This document shows, piece after piece, positions 1 through 13,700 of a stretch of 64,000 nt of DNA. This DNA is from Eledone cirrhosa. Its lineage: Eukaryota. The position numbers and the translations under genes were made by a program. The notes beneath the pieces were generated by a model. It did not search any database. It was given only the letters and a program-made list of their open reading frames with translations, and was not told the origin of the DNA. The stretch lies in NCBI GenBank assembly GCA_964016885.1, contig OZ024759.1, positions 8,060,001 through 8,124,000 on the forward strand. The letters are read 5' to 3'. Numbering within the stretch: the first letter of the stretch is position 1; the number at the start of each line of letters is the position of its first letter.

Positions 1-41
1 AGCTGACCAGAAGGGTTGACAACAAAGTAAACAATACTAAC

Positions 42-138
42 CATAAATAAAACTGCAGGCATTGGTGTGAGGTTGTTGACAGACACAAAACTCATCACTT
101 GAGGCATATGGTTCTCTCGACCACCAACAAAGAACAAC
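42..138 (-). CDS. SLC7 transporter coding exon 7 ([33 protein letters not shown])
   Basis: Acceptor ttctag, donor GTTAGT, 97 nt, phase 2-0. Confidence 0.9.
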
Positions 139-3100
139 CTAGAATATATTGAAGTTATCTATGGAGATTTACCATATATATAATAGAATATGAACTAACC
201 CCACAATTTTATGGGAAATAGGCAAAAAAATGTTGAGGCAGCTAATCAACATGTTTAGATGTGGTTTTATCATGAGTGGAAAATATATTTATGAAGTTTT
301 AATAAACACATTTATAGAGATTTACCATATATATAATAGAATATGAACTAACCCCACAATTTTATGGGAAATAGGCAAAAAAATGTTGAGGCAGCTAATC
401 AACATGTTTAGATGTGGTTTTATCATGAGTGGAAAATATATTTATGAAGTTTTAATTAACACATTTATAGAGATTTACCATATATGAATATAATCCGGCC
501 CATCTCCCTATTTTATGTCTAAGAAATAGGCTGTGTATAAGCCAGTGAAGGTAATTGACACAGATGGGGTGCTTTAGAAATTCTTAGGAGTGGAAAATAT
601 ATTTATGAAGTTATAATATTTTGAAATGTTTTAAATGTCGTTTAGAGTATAGTTTCTGTTTCACAACTCCATTATGTAATGATTTTTAGGGGCGGTAGAT
701 TGGCAGTATCGGTAACCCTTGCCATTCTGAGTTCAAATCCCGCCGAGGTTAACTTTGCCTTTCATCCTTACGGGGTCGATAAAATAAAGTACCAGTAATA
801 CACTGGGATAATTGCTGGCCTTGTGCCAAAAGTAGAAACAAATATATAATGATTTTTACCAATTTCCAACCATTTTGAAGACCATATTCATTCAAAATAT
901 ATCAAAAACCACAGGAAATATGAACTTCACCTCCAGGGTGAAACCAATGTAATATTCACCTCGAAAGTAAAAAATATTTCAGCATTTACATAAAATTTTG
1001 AAGTTGGTGAAAACCAGCAAAATATTGGCCTCGATATAAGTTGCCCCCCCCCCCCTCCCCTCCCCACACTTAACCATCGAATAAATAAAAAAAAATATTT
1101 TGTCATGTATTTCTCAACTTATATACAAGTATATACTCATATATACAAGTATATACTCATATATACAAATATATACTCATATATACAAATATATACTCAT
1201 ATATACAAATATATACAAATATATATGAGTATATTGGTACTCCAAGAACTGTAGTAATGAAGAAACTTTATTTAACAACCTCAATTTAATGGTTGTAAAT
1301 GTAAGCGGTGTAGGTCATATTTGGAGGGATGTGTGTATAAATAATTGTTTCTACTTTAGGCACAAGGCCAGCAATTACCCAGTGCATTACTGGTACTTTA
1401 TTTTTATCGACCCCGTAAGGATGAAAGGCAAGGGCCGTAACTCTATGCATCAAAGCATGGCGTCCGACCCTCTACCGATACTGCCAAATCACCACCCTAA
1501 CATGACGTCCGACCCTCTACCGATACTGCCAATCCACCACCCTAACATGGCGTCCAACCCTCTACCGATACTGCCAATCCACCGCCCTAACATGGCGTCC
1601 GACCCTCTACCGATACTGCCAATCCACCGCCCTAACATGGCGTCCAACCCTCTACCGATACTGCCAATCCACCACCCTAACATGGCGTCCGACCCTCTAC
1701 CGATACTGCCAATCCACCACCCTAACATGGTGTCCAACCCTCTACCGATACTGCCAATCCACCGCCCTAACATGGCGTCCAACCCTCTACCGATACTGCC
1801 AATCCACCGCCCTAACATGGCGTCCGACCCTCTACCGATACTGCCAATCCACCGCCCTAACATGGCGTCCAACCCTCTACCGATACTGCCAATCCACCGC
1901 CCTAACATGGCGTCCAACCCTCTACCGATACTGCCAATCCACCACCCTAACATGGCGTCCAACCCTCTACCGATACTGCCAATCCACCACCCTAACATGG
2001 CGTCCGACCCTCTACCGATACTGCCAATCCACCACCCTAACATGGTGTCCAACCCTCTACCGATACTGCCAATCCACCGCCCTAACATGGCGTCCAACCC
2101 TCTACCGATACTGCCAATCCACCGCCCTAACATGGCGTCCGACCCTCTACCGATACTGCCAATCCACCGCCCTAACATGGCGTCCAACCCTCTACCGATA
2201 CTGCCAATCCACCGCCCTAACATGGCGTCCAACCCTCTACCGATACTGCCAATCCACCACCCTAACATGGCGTCCAACCCTCTACCGATACTGCCAATCC
2301 ACCACCCTAACATGGCGTCCGACCCTCTACCGATACTGCCAATCCACCACCCTAACATGGTGTCCAACCCTCTACCGATACTGCCAATCCACCGCCCTAA
2401 CATGGCGTCCAACCCTCTACCGATACTGCCAATCCACCGCCCTAACATGGCGTCCGACCCTCTACCGATACTGCCAATCCACCGCCCTAACATGGCGTCC
2501 AACCCTCTACCGATACTGCCAATCCACCGCCCTAACATGGCGTCCAACCCTCTACCGATACTGCCAATCCACCACCCTAACATGGCGTCCAACCCTCTAC
2601 CGATACTGCCAATCCACCACCCTAACATGGCGTCCGACCCTCTACCGATACTGCCAATCCACCACCCTAACATGGTGTCCAACCCTCTACCGATACTGCC
2701 AATCCACCGCCCTAACATGGCGTCCAACCCTCTACCGATACTGCCAATCCACCGCCCTAACATGGCGTCCGACCCTCTACCGATACTGCCAATCCACCGC
2801 CCTAACATGGCGTCCAACCCTCTACCGATACTGCCAATCCACCACCCTAACATGGCGTCCGACCCTCTACCGATACTGCCAATCCACCACCCTAACATGG
2901 CGTCCGACCCTCTACCGATACTGCCAATCCACCACCCTAACATGGCGTCCGACCCTCTACCGATACTGCCAATCCACCACCCTAACATGGCGTCCGACCC
3001 TCTACCGATACTGCCAATCCACCACCCTAACATGGCGTCCGACCCTTTACCGATACTGCCAAATCACCACCCTAACATGGCGTCCGACCCTCTACCGATA

Positions 3101-5821
3101 CTGCCAATCCACCGCCCTAACATGGCGTCATACCCTCTACCGATACTGCCAATCCACCGCCCTAACATGGTGTCCGACCCTTTACCGATACTGCCAAATC
3201 ACCACCCTAACATGGCGTCCGACCCTCTACCGATACTGCCAATCCACCACCCTAACATGGCGTCCGACCCTCTACCGATACTGCCAATCCACCACCCTAA
3301 CATGGCGTCCGACCCTCTACCGATACTGCCAATCCACCACCCTAACATGGCGTCATACCCTCTACCGATACTGCCAATCCACCACCCTAACATGGTGTCC
3401 GACCCTCTACCGATACTGCCAATCCACCACCCTAACATGGCGTCATACCCTCTACCGATACTGCCAATCCACCACCCTAACATGGCGTCATACCCTCTAC
3501 TGATACTGCCAATCCACCACCCTAACATGGCGTCCGACCCTCTACCGATACTGCCAATCCACCACCCTAACATGGCGTCCGACCCTCTACCGATACTGCC
3601 AATCCACCACCCTAACATGGCGTCCGACCCTCTACCGATACTGCCAATCCACCACCCTAACATGGCGTCATACCCTCTACTGATACTGCCAATCCACCAC
3701 CCTAACATGGCGTCCGACCCTCTACTGATACTGCCAATCCACCACCCTAACATGGCGTCCGACCCTCTACCGATACTGCCAATCCACCACCCTAACATGG
3801 CGTCCGACCCTCTACTGATACTGCCAATCCACCACCCTAACATGGCGTCCGACCCTCTACCGATACTGCCAATCCACCGCCCTAACATGGTGTCCGACCC
3901 TTTACCGATACTGCCAAATCACCACCCTAACATGGCGTCCGACCCTTTACCGATACTGCCAATCCACCACCCTAACATGGTGTCCGACCCTCTACCGATA
4001 CTGCCAAATCACCACCCTAACATGGCGTCCGACCCTCTACTGATACTGCCAATACACCACCCTAACATGGCGTCCGACCCTCTACTGATACTGCCAATCC
4101 ACCGCCCTAACATGGCGTCCGACCCTCTACCGATACTGCCAATCCACCGCCCAATGTGTGTATAAATAATAACTGTACTTACCTTGAAGATGTGAACAAT
4201 ATTCCATTGACCCCACCAAAGGTGGAGAGGGAGACAAATATTGGCATGATCCACCACATTATACCATATAATCTTTTGGAGAACATCTGGAATGGAAAAT
4301 TTTAAATAGAATTTTGTGTGTAGAGTTATAGTGCAACTAATTAGAGAAAGAGTCAAATTAGACGAGATGCAGTTTGGTTTTATGGTTGGGAAAAGTAGTA
4401 TAGATGCCCTCTTTTAAGTGAGACAACTACGAGAAGTTCCTAGCCAAAATTAAGCTGCTATACCTAGCTTTCATTGACCTAGAAAAGGTCCTTGACTGTG
4501 TACTTCGATTTATTATCTGATGGTCTTTAAGGAAATTAGATGTAGAAGAGTGGTTGGTGAGAGCAATGCAAGTTAGGTAGAGAGGAGCTGTCAGGAAAAG
4601 GAGAGTTGGAAATGAGTTTAGTGAGGAATTCAAGGTACAATAGGAGTTCATGAAGGTTTGATTTTTAGCCCACTACTATTCATTATAGTTCTCCAGGTTA
4701 TAACAAAAGAGTTTAAGGCTGGCTGCCCATATATATATATATATTTATATGAATTTATATACATGCATCTAGTGACAAAAAACACCGAACCGTAGAAAAC
4801 CAGTACCCCCCGCGCCCCCAAACAAAGATTTCTGTGTGCAAGACATGGTCACTGGTCCCCATAATGATGATGATCATCACCGTTTTACATCTGTTCTTCC
4901 ATGCTAGCATGGGTTAGATGGGTTGTCCTGTTGTGGGCAGTGTCCGGTCAGCTGACCTTGTCTTGCTCATACGGGAACTGATTCTGGCTTGATTTCTACA
5001 GCTGGATGCCCTTCCTAACACCAACCTCATTTACAGTGTGGGCTGGGTGCTTTTTTGCCGTGGTACCTCCACGACCACTTTACAGTGTGGGCTGGGTACT
5101 TTTTTGCTGTGGCACCTCCATGACCACTTTACAATGTGGGCTGGGTGCTTTTTTGCTGTGACACCTCCACGACCACTTTACAGTGTGGACTGGGTGCTTT
5201 TTTGCTGTAACACCTCCACGACCACTTTGCAGAGTGGGCTGGGTGCTTTTTTGCCATGACACCTCCACGACCACTTTATAGTGTGGGCTGGGTGCTTTTT
5301 TGACGTGGCACCTCCACGACCACTTTGCAGTGAGTGCTGGGTGCTTTTTTTCCGTGGAATGATAGGGACCCCAGTCCCATCATATGTATATAATAAATAT
5401 ATATATCATCATCATCATGATTTTACGTCCGCTTTTCCCTGCTTGCAAGGGTGGGACAGGTCCTATTCAGCACAGCATCTCTCCACTTGTCACGGTCCTT
5501 CGTCATCTCCACCGTGAGCTTCAGCGATCTGAAGTCTGCTCTCACCACCTCTGCCCATGTTTTTCGTATATATACACACACCCCTCGGGTATTTTAATGA
5601 TAGAAGGCACTATGATGGTGGTAGTTGTTTTTGTTACAGCTGCTCGCACCAATCTATCTTTGTCTAGCCACCTACAAGGTTGTATCTCATAGAGGGTTCT
5701 TGGATGTTTTAATGATAGAGATCTCAGTCCTGTCATTATTTTGTTACAATTCACATCTATGTGGGTTCAGTGGGCCTTCTAAAAGGGTTTATCTTACAAG
5801 AAGGTTCTTGGGTGTTTTAAT

Positions 5822-5883
<62 letters not shown>

Positions 5884-8800
5884 CACAGCAACAGCAGCTC
5901 CAGATTTTATCTCCATTGGACTAACTGTAGTAAAGTAGGCAATGTTTGTAAATACATAGATAATAGTGACACTAATAATGGAGATCCAAATAGCTTTTGG
6001 TAGATTCCTACAATACAACAAAACAGTTTTATTGACAATTCTTCATTAGATTCTTTTGTTCTCATTTATTCTTTTACTGGTTTCCATCACAAGACTATGG
6101 CCATGCTGGGGCACTGCCTTCATTTAATCAATCATATCAACCCCAGTATTTTACTGGTATCCATCACAAGACTGTGGCCATGCTGGGGCACTGCCTTCAT
6201 TTAATCAATCATATCAACCCCGGTATTCTACTGGTTTCCATCACAAGACTGCGGCCATGCTGGGGCACTGCCTTCATTTAATCAATCATATCAACCCCAG
6301 TATTTTACTGGTATCCATCACAAGACTGCGGCCATGCTGGGGCACTGCCTTCATTTAATCAATCATATCAACCCCAGTATTTTACTGGTATCCATCACAA
6401 GACTGTGGCCATGCTGGGGCACTGCCTTCATTTAATCAATCATATCAACCCCGGTATTCTACTGGTTTCCATCACAAGACTATGGCCATGCTGGGGCACT
6501 GCCTTCATTTAATCAATCATATCAACCCCAGTATTTTACTGGTATCCATCACAAGACTGTGGCCATGCTGGGGCACTGCCTTCATTTAATCAATCATATC
6601 AACCCCGGTATTCTACTGGTTTCCATCACAAGACTGCGGCCATGCTGGGGCACTGCCTTCATTTAATCAATCATATCAACCCCAGTATTTTACTGGTATC
6701 CATCACAAGACTGCGGCCATGCTGGGGCACTGCCTTCATTTAATCAATCATATCAACCCCAGTATTTTACTGGTATCCATCACAAGACTGCAGCCATGCT
6801 GGGGCACTGCCTTCATTTAATCAATCATATCAACCCCAGTATTTTACTGGTATCCATCACAAGACTGCGGCCATGCTGGGGCACTGCCTTCATTTAATCA
6901 ATCATATCAACCCCGGTATTCTACTGGTATCCATCACAAGACTGTGGCCATGCTGGGGCACTGCCTTCATTTAATCAATCATATCAACCCCAGTATTTTA
7001 CTGGTATCCATCACAAGACTGCAGCCATGCTGGGGCACTGCCTTCATTTAATCAATCATATCAACCCCAGTATTTTACTGGTTTCCATCACAAGACTGCA
7101 GCCATGCTGGGGCACTGCCTTCATTTAATCAATCATATCAACCCCAGTATTTTACTGGTTTCCATCACAAGACTGCAGCCATGCTGGGGCACTGCCTTCA
7201 TTTAATCAATCATATCAACCCCAGTATTTTACTGGTTTCCATCACAAGACTGCAGCCATGCTGGGGCACTGCCTTCATTTAATCAATCATATCAACCCCA
7301 GTATTTTACTGGTTTCCATCACAAGACTGCGGCCATGCTGGAGCACTGCCTTCATTTAATCAATCATATCAACCCCGGTATTCTACTGGTTTCCATCACA
7401 AGACTGCGGCCATGCTGGGGCACTGCCTTCATTTAATCAATCATATCAACCCCGGTATTCTACTGGTATCCATCACAAGACTGCGGCCATGCTGGAGCAC
7501 TGCCTTCATTTAATCAATCATATCAACCCCAGTATTCTACTGGTATCCATCACAAGACTGCGGCCATGCTGGGGCACTGCCTTCATTTAATCAATCATAT
7601 CAACCCCGGTATTCTACTGGTATCCATCACAAGACTATGGCCATGCTGGGGCACTGCCTTCATTTAATCAATCATATCAACCCCGGTATTCTACTGGTTT
7701 CCATCACAAGACTGCGGCCATGCTGGGGCACTGCCTTCATTTAATCAATCATATCAACCCCAGTATTCTACTGGTATCCATCACAAGACTGCAGCCATGC
7801 TGGGGCACTGCCTTCATTTAATCAATCATATCAACCCCGGTATTCTACTGGTTTCCATCACAAGACTGCGGCCATGCTGGGGCACTGCCTTCATTTAATC
7901 AATCATATCAACCCCGGTATTTATTTTCTATCAAGTCTGATACATATTTTATCAATCTTGTTTCTTTCAAACATAAACAGAGACAGAAATATATGACTGT
8001 AGAGATGGGTACACACAGACAGATATATGGACAGACACACTTGCACACTCACACAAGGACATACACACACTCACACAAGGACATACACACACTCACACAA
8101 GGACATACTCACACTCACACAAGGACATACACACACTCACACAAGGACATACACACTCACACAAGGACATACTCACACTCACACAAGGACATACTCACAC
8201 TCACACAAGGACATACACACTCACACAAGGACACACTCACACTCACACAAGGACATACTCACACTCACACAAGGACAGACACACTTGCACACTCACACAA
8301 GGACATACACACACTCACACAAGGACATACACACACTCACACAAGGACATACACACACTCACACAAGGACATACACACTTGCACACTCACACAAGGACAT
8401 ACACACTCACACTCACACAAGGACAGACACACTTGCACACTCACACAAGGACATACACACACTCACACAAGGACATACACACACTCACACTCACACAAGG
8501 ACATACACACTTGCACACTCACACAAGGACATACACACACTCACACAAGGACAGACACACTTGCACACTCACACAAGGACATACACACTCACACAAGGAC
8601 ATACACACACTCACACAAGGACATACACACACTCACACAAGGACATACACACTCACACAAGGACATACACACTCACACAAGGACATACACACACTCACAC
8701 AAGGACATACACACACTCACACAAGGACATACTCACACTCACACAAGGACATACTCACACTCACACAAGGACATACACACTCACACAAGGACATACACAC

Positions 8801-9319
8801 ACTCACACAAGGACATACACACACTCACACAAGGACATACACACACTCACACAAGGACATACACACTCACACAAGGACATACTCACACTCACACAAGGAC
8901 ATACACACACTCACACAAGGACATACACACACTCACACAAGGACATACACACTCACACAAGGACACTCACACAAAGACATACTCACACTCACACAAGGAC
9001 ATACACACTCACACAAGGACACTCACACTCACACAAGGACATTCACACTCACACAAGTAAATACTCACACTCACACAAGGACATACACACACTCACACAA
9101 GGACATACACACTCACACAAGGACATACTCACACTCACCACATAGAATTGGTTGACTTACGTGTAAGGATCTTTGAGTTCTTCAATTACGAAGTTCAAGT
9201 AATTCCTGTGGAAAATAGAAATTGATAAATTATATATACTATATATATATGTGTATGTGTGTGTGTATATGTGTGTGTGTGTATATATGTGTGTGTGTGT
9301 GTGTGTATGTGTATATATA

Positions 9320-9351
<32 letters not shown>

Positions 9352-9974
9352 CGTGTGTGTATATATATGTGTGTGTATATATATATATGTGTGTGTATAT
9401 ATGTGTGTATATGTGTGTGTGTATATATATATACATGTGTGTGTATATATGTGTGTATGTATACATATGTGTGTATATATATGCGTGTGTGTGTATATAT
9501 ATATATATGTGTGTGTATATATATATATATGTGTGTGTATATATGTGTATATATGTGTGTATATATATGTGTGTGTGTGTATGTATACATATGTGTGTGT
9601 GTATATATATGCATGTGTGTGTGTATATATATATATGTGTGTGTGTGAATGTAAGCATTGTATATTTAATAATATACTGTATGTTTATTCTCAAAAATGT
9701 TGAAGGCCTTTCTCTATGAATTTTAAGGTAGTGACAATAGCCACATACCTAGCTTCAGCAAAAGAAAGGGAAACAACCGACGATTGTTTCTCACTCTTTA
9801 GGGGTTATTAGGATTACATATCCCTCCTCCTTTGCTGAAAGCTATCGAAGCTGGATTTTTATAGAATTCCAATTATGTTTATTAGCTGTTGAAACTCATT
9901 TGCATGGAGTGGTTGCCGACCCAGCATCAATTAGAAATTTGTATTGGTGCTCTGAAATAGTGATGTAGATATGA

Positions 9975-10023
<49 letters not shown>

Positions 10024-10342
10024 TGTATGTATTATTGATTAGTTAGCACCCCAAACACTAATCTGGGATAATACTTAAGTATATCCTAATGTTTGTTGAA
10101 TGAGATGGAATTGGTCGGAGTATCGCTTAAGGCTTTCTCTGTTTATGTATTTGTATTGTATATATATATATATATATATAATATGTTGAGAAGGTAACAC
10201 ACCTGAGAGAGATATATAGTGCGTTATCAATAATGGTGTGTTACCTTCTCAACATATTATATTTTAAAGGGCTCAGGATCTCTTCCCCTTTGAGCACATT
10301 ATTTACAGGGAATAACGACAGCCTATGCCTCCGTTAATTTAT

Positions 10343-10391
<49 letters not shown>

Positions 10392-10763
10392 AGCAAAGAG
10401 ATATTTAATTTGTTGGTAATTCAACAAATATAAATGTTTATAACAGATTCGAAGCACTCGACAGATTTTCTGGAGTATAATATCGATGATATTAATACAA
10501 CATTATTAATTTAGCGAAATTACATATAATTTATCTTACAAGTTATTATGTCTATGTTTGCTCAATTGTAAGATATATGTGTATATGTATATATATCAGA
10601 AGATATATCATCATTTCATAATCATCATCATCATCATTTCATTTTATGTCCGCTTTTCCCTGCTTGCAAGGGTAGGACTGGTCCTATTCAGCACAGCATC
10701 TCTCCACTTGTCACGGTCCTTCGTCATCTCCACCGTGAGCTTCAGCGATATATTTATATATAT

Positions 10764-10797
<34 letters not shown>

Positions 10798-13700
10798 GTA
10801 TGTAAGTCAGCTAGTGAACTGACCAGATATGGTAGAATACATGAAGACTCACCCCAGCCAGTCTTAGCAGGAGACAGTTCAAGTGTCACATCTGTGAAAA
10901 GTCACCTGAGTACACATGACTGTGTAATGTTCAATGAAAGGATGATACACACACACCAGTGTGTGTGTGTGTGTGTGTCTGTGTGTGTTGAAGTTGGATT
11001 GTTTCAATGTATACAGATATCTGTGTATGTGTGTAGATGTATATATATATGTGTGTCTGTGTTACAAACAAAAGATAAATATCTTACCATCCATTGTAAG
11101 CAAAAAGCCCAGAATAAAAGGCCAGAGCTATTTTCGTCACATCTGTTTCACTGTCTTCAAATGATGACTGCAGATATTCAAAATTTCCTTGTAGAAATAA
11201 TAAAAAATAAAAATCAATACCATCCTCATCATTATCATCAGTCAGGGGTGAATAATCTTTTTTCTCCTCCTCAGGACCCCCATGGAACATCCATAACACC
11301 TTTACTGGCCCTCATTCCAGAAAACCATGAATTTTATTGTCTGGTTTAAAATAGGTACACTGTGACCCCGTATGTTATAAAAAGTGGCTAAAAGGGTTGG
11401 TGTCAGGAAGGGCACCCTGCTGTGAAACATTGCTTCAGAAAGTACCTTCCAGCCCATGCCAACATAGAAAAATGCTCCACCAACTGTTAATGATCAATAT
11501 GACATTTCCTAGACTTCCTTCATCTATATATATACAGAGTGTGGACGATATTTGTTCGCAATTTTCAACTGCTAATTTTATTCAAATTTTTTTTACTTCC
11601 GTTGTCACTCTTGTCTCCATAAAAACAGTGACTATATTTATTTTCAGAATAATTGATTATGAATAATTTTGAACCTCCAAATTTGTGGAAGAGACACAGA
11701 GTTCTTCTTGGATATCGTCCGCACCCTGTATATATATATGTGTGTGTGGTTATATATAGCTGTATATATGTGTGTTGAATGTGTGTCTATATATATATTC
11801 TTATATAGGATGTCAATGTTTATGTGTATGTATTTGTGCGATAAAGCTATGTTAAGAAATCGCCATTTCCCATCCCACTCACCCATCCTCCTCTACCACC
11901 TCCAGTATACATGCCTGACGCTGTACGCCAACCACTCCCTCGTGCATATAGCACCTTAAACCCAGTTCCGCTCAGAGCAAACACGGGCGAAGGGAGGCTC
12001 CGTAAGCCGTAGTGTAGGCAACCCGTCTAGGAGAGCTACCACTCCGAATAAATTGGTGCAGGGTGGAGAAGCCCCCTAAGGTCAGTAAGATGACTTCCCT
12101 AGTGCTGGTGGCACAATAAAAGCACCCAGTCCATGCTGTAAAGTGGCACTGGTGTTAGGAAGGGCATCCAACCAGTGTATTAATGCCAAAACAATTATGA
12201 GCACAGCAACAAATAAAGATTGCAATAACTGTGTAAACAGGAATAACACTAACAATGTTAGGGCACAGTAGTGGGGTGGCTGGTGAGGCCATGTGCGAGG
12301 ACAGCCTGACCGTCATCAAGCAATCGCACAACATGAACATGATTATAAACACATTTTCTTTGCAGAAAAGGAAGAAACAACGAAAGACATCGCATTTCAG
12401 GGTTGCCACACTTAATGTTGGCACCTTGATGGGTAGATCTGGTGAGATAGCGGAGATGCTGGAGAGAAGACAGGTGGATGTGTCACATCTCAGGGTTGCC
12501 ACACTTAATGTTGGCACTCTCACAGGTAGATCTGGTGAGATAGCGGAGATGCTGGATAGAAGGCATGTGGATGTGTGCTGTGTGCAAGAGGTGAGATGGA
12601 GAGGTGCCTCTGCGAGACTAGTTGCAGGCAAACATCTTAGCTATAAGCTTTTCTGGGTAGGTAAGGATGATGGGTTAGGGGGAGTAGGCATTTTCCTGGC
12701 TGAGAAATGGATCAATAAGACAATAAAGGTAGTTAGAGTTAGTAATCGAATAATTAAGCTTAGATTAGTTGTAGGCAGGGGACTACTGACAATCATCTCT
12801 GCCTATGCTCCCCAAGCAGGCCTAGGCAAAGAAGAGAAAGACTGCTTTTATGAGCAAGTTTTACAAACAGCCACAATGACAGAGGACGGAGACATCGTTA
12901 TGCTAGCAGGGGACTTCAATGAGTTGTGACTTACAGATAGTATCAGCAATGGAAAGACCAATGGAAACATTGTTTCTTTGGTCTGATCTGGCAGCGAGAC
13001 AGACAGATGGTGTCAAATACCAAGGCATACCCTGGGGAAGAATGTACCCCACAACATAGGTTAGTCGTTAGTGATATCTCAGTAAGCAAGTGATGGAATG
13101 AGACATACAGGAAGGTGTGGAGAAGCAAGGTCTGGAAGCTAAAAGACCTTTCACTAAAATACAAATTTAGGAAAGCCCTTCAAGATGTGTATGACGAAAA
13201 AGAAGACGATTTAGAGTCGTTTGACATAGATGATAACTAGAATTTCTTAAGTGACAACTTACTGCAAGGCTACTGATGAAACTTGTGGCTAGAGCAGAGC
13301 TCCAACCAGACAGAGAGTGACCTGGTGGTGGAACAGCACAGTAGATAGGGCCATTAGAGACAAAAGACTGGCATGGAAGGCTTGGAAAAAGGGTGGGAGT
13401 AGAGAAGGATATACAGCCGCTAAGAGAGAAGTTAGATGTCAGGTGTACTTAGCATGCAGGGAGGCTGAGAGTAGGTTTGCCAATGTTCTGCGACGGGAAG
13501 ATCAGAGGCGTGCGGTGTTCCACATTGCAAGGCAGTGTGTCAATGCGAATCAGGATGTTGTTGGAGATAAATGTGTCCGGAATGAAGCCAGTGTACTTAG
13601 TGACACGAATGATCAGAAAAAGGAGGCCTGGAAATATTATTATGAGAGACTGATGAATGTGGAGAACGAATGGAAGAGAGAGAAATTACCCTCAGTAGAT

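Noticed and set aside
1289-4165. 958-aa proline-rich repeat ORF and its antisense ORFs
   Set aside because: It is the translation of a stop-free 45-bp SINE-derived array lying in an intron and bounded by a TSD.
6076-7921. CRISPR-like regular repeats (also 34712-35498 and 31969-32745)
   Set aside because: No unique spacers, no cas genes, and eukaryotic intronic context.
7993-9719. His/Thr- and Tyr/Ile/Val/Cys-rich ORFs here and throughout the window
   Set aside because: Translations of CA, TA and TG microsatellites.
9770-9830. Additional minus-strand hammerhead-like motifs (also ~24035-24066 and ~48090-48170)
   Set aside because: Core nucleotides are mutated (CTAATAA, TTGATG) or stem I is weak, so they are counted only as possible decayed copies.
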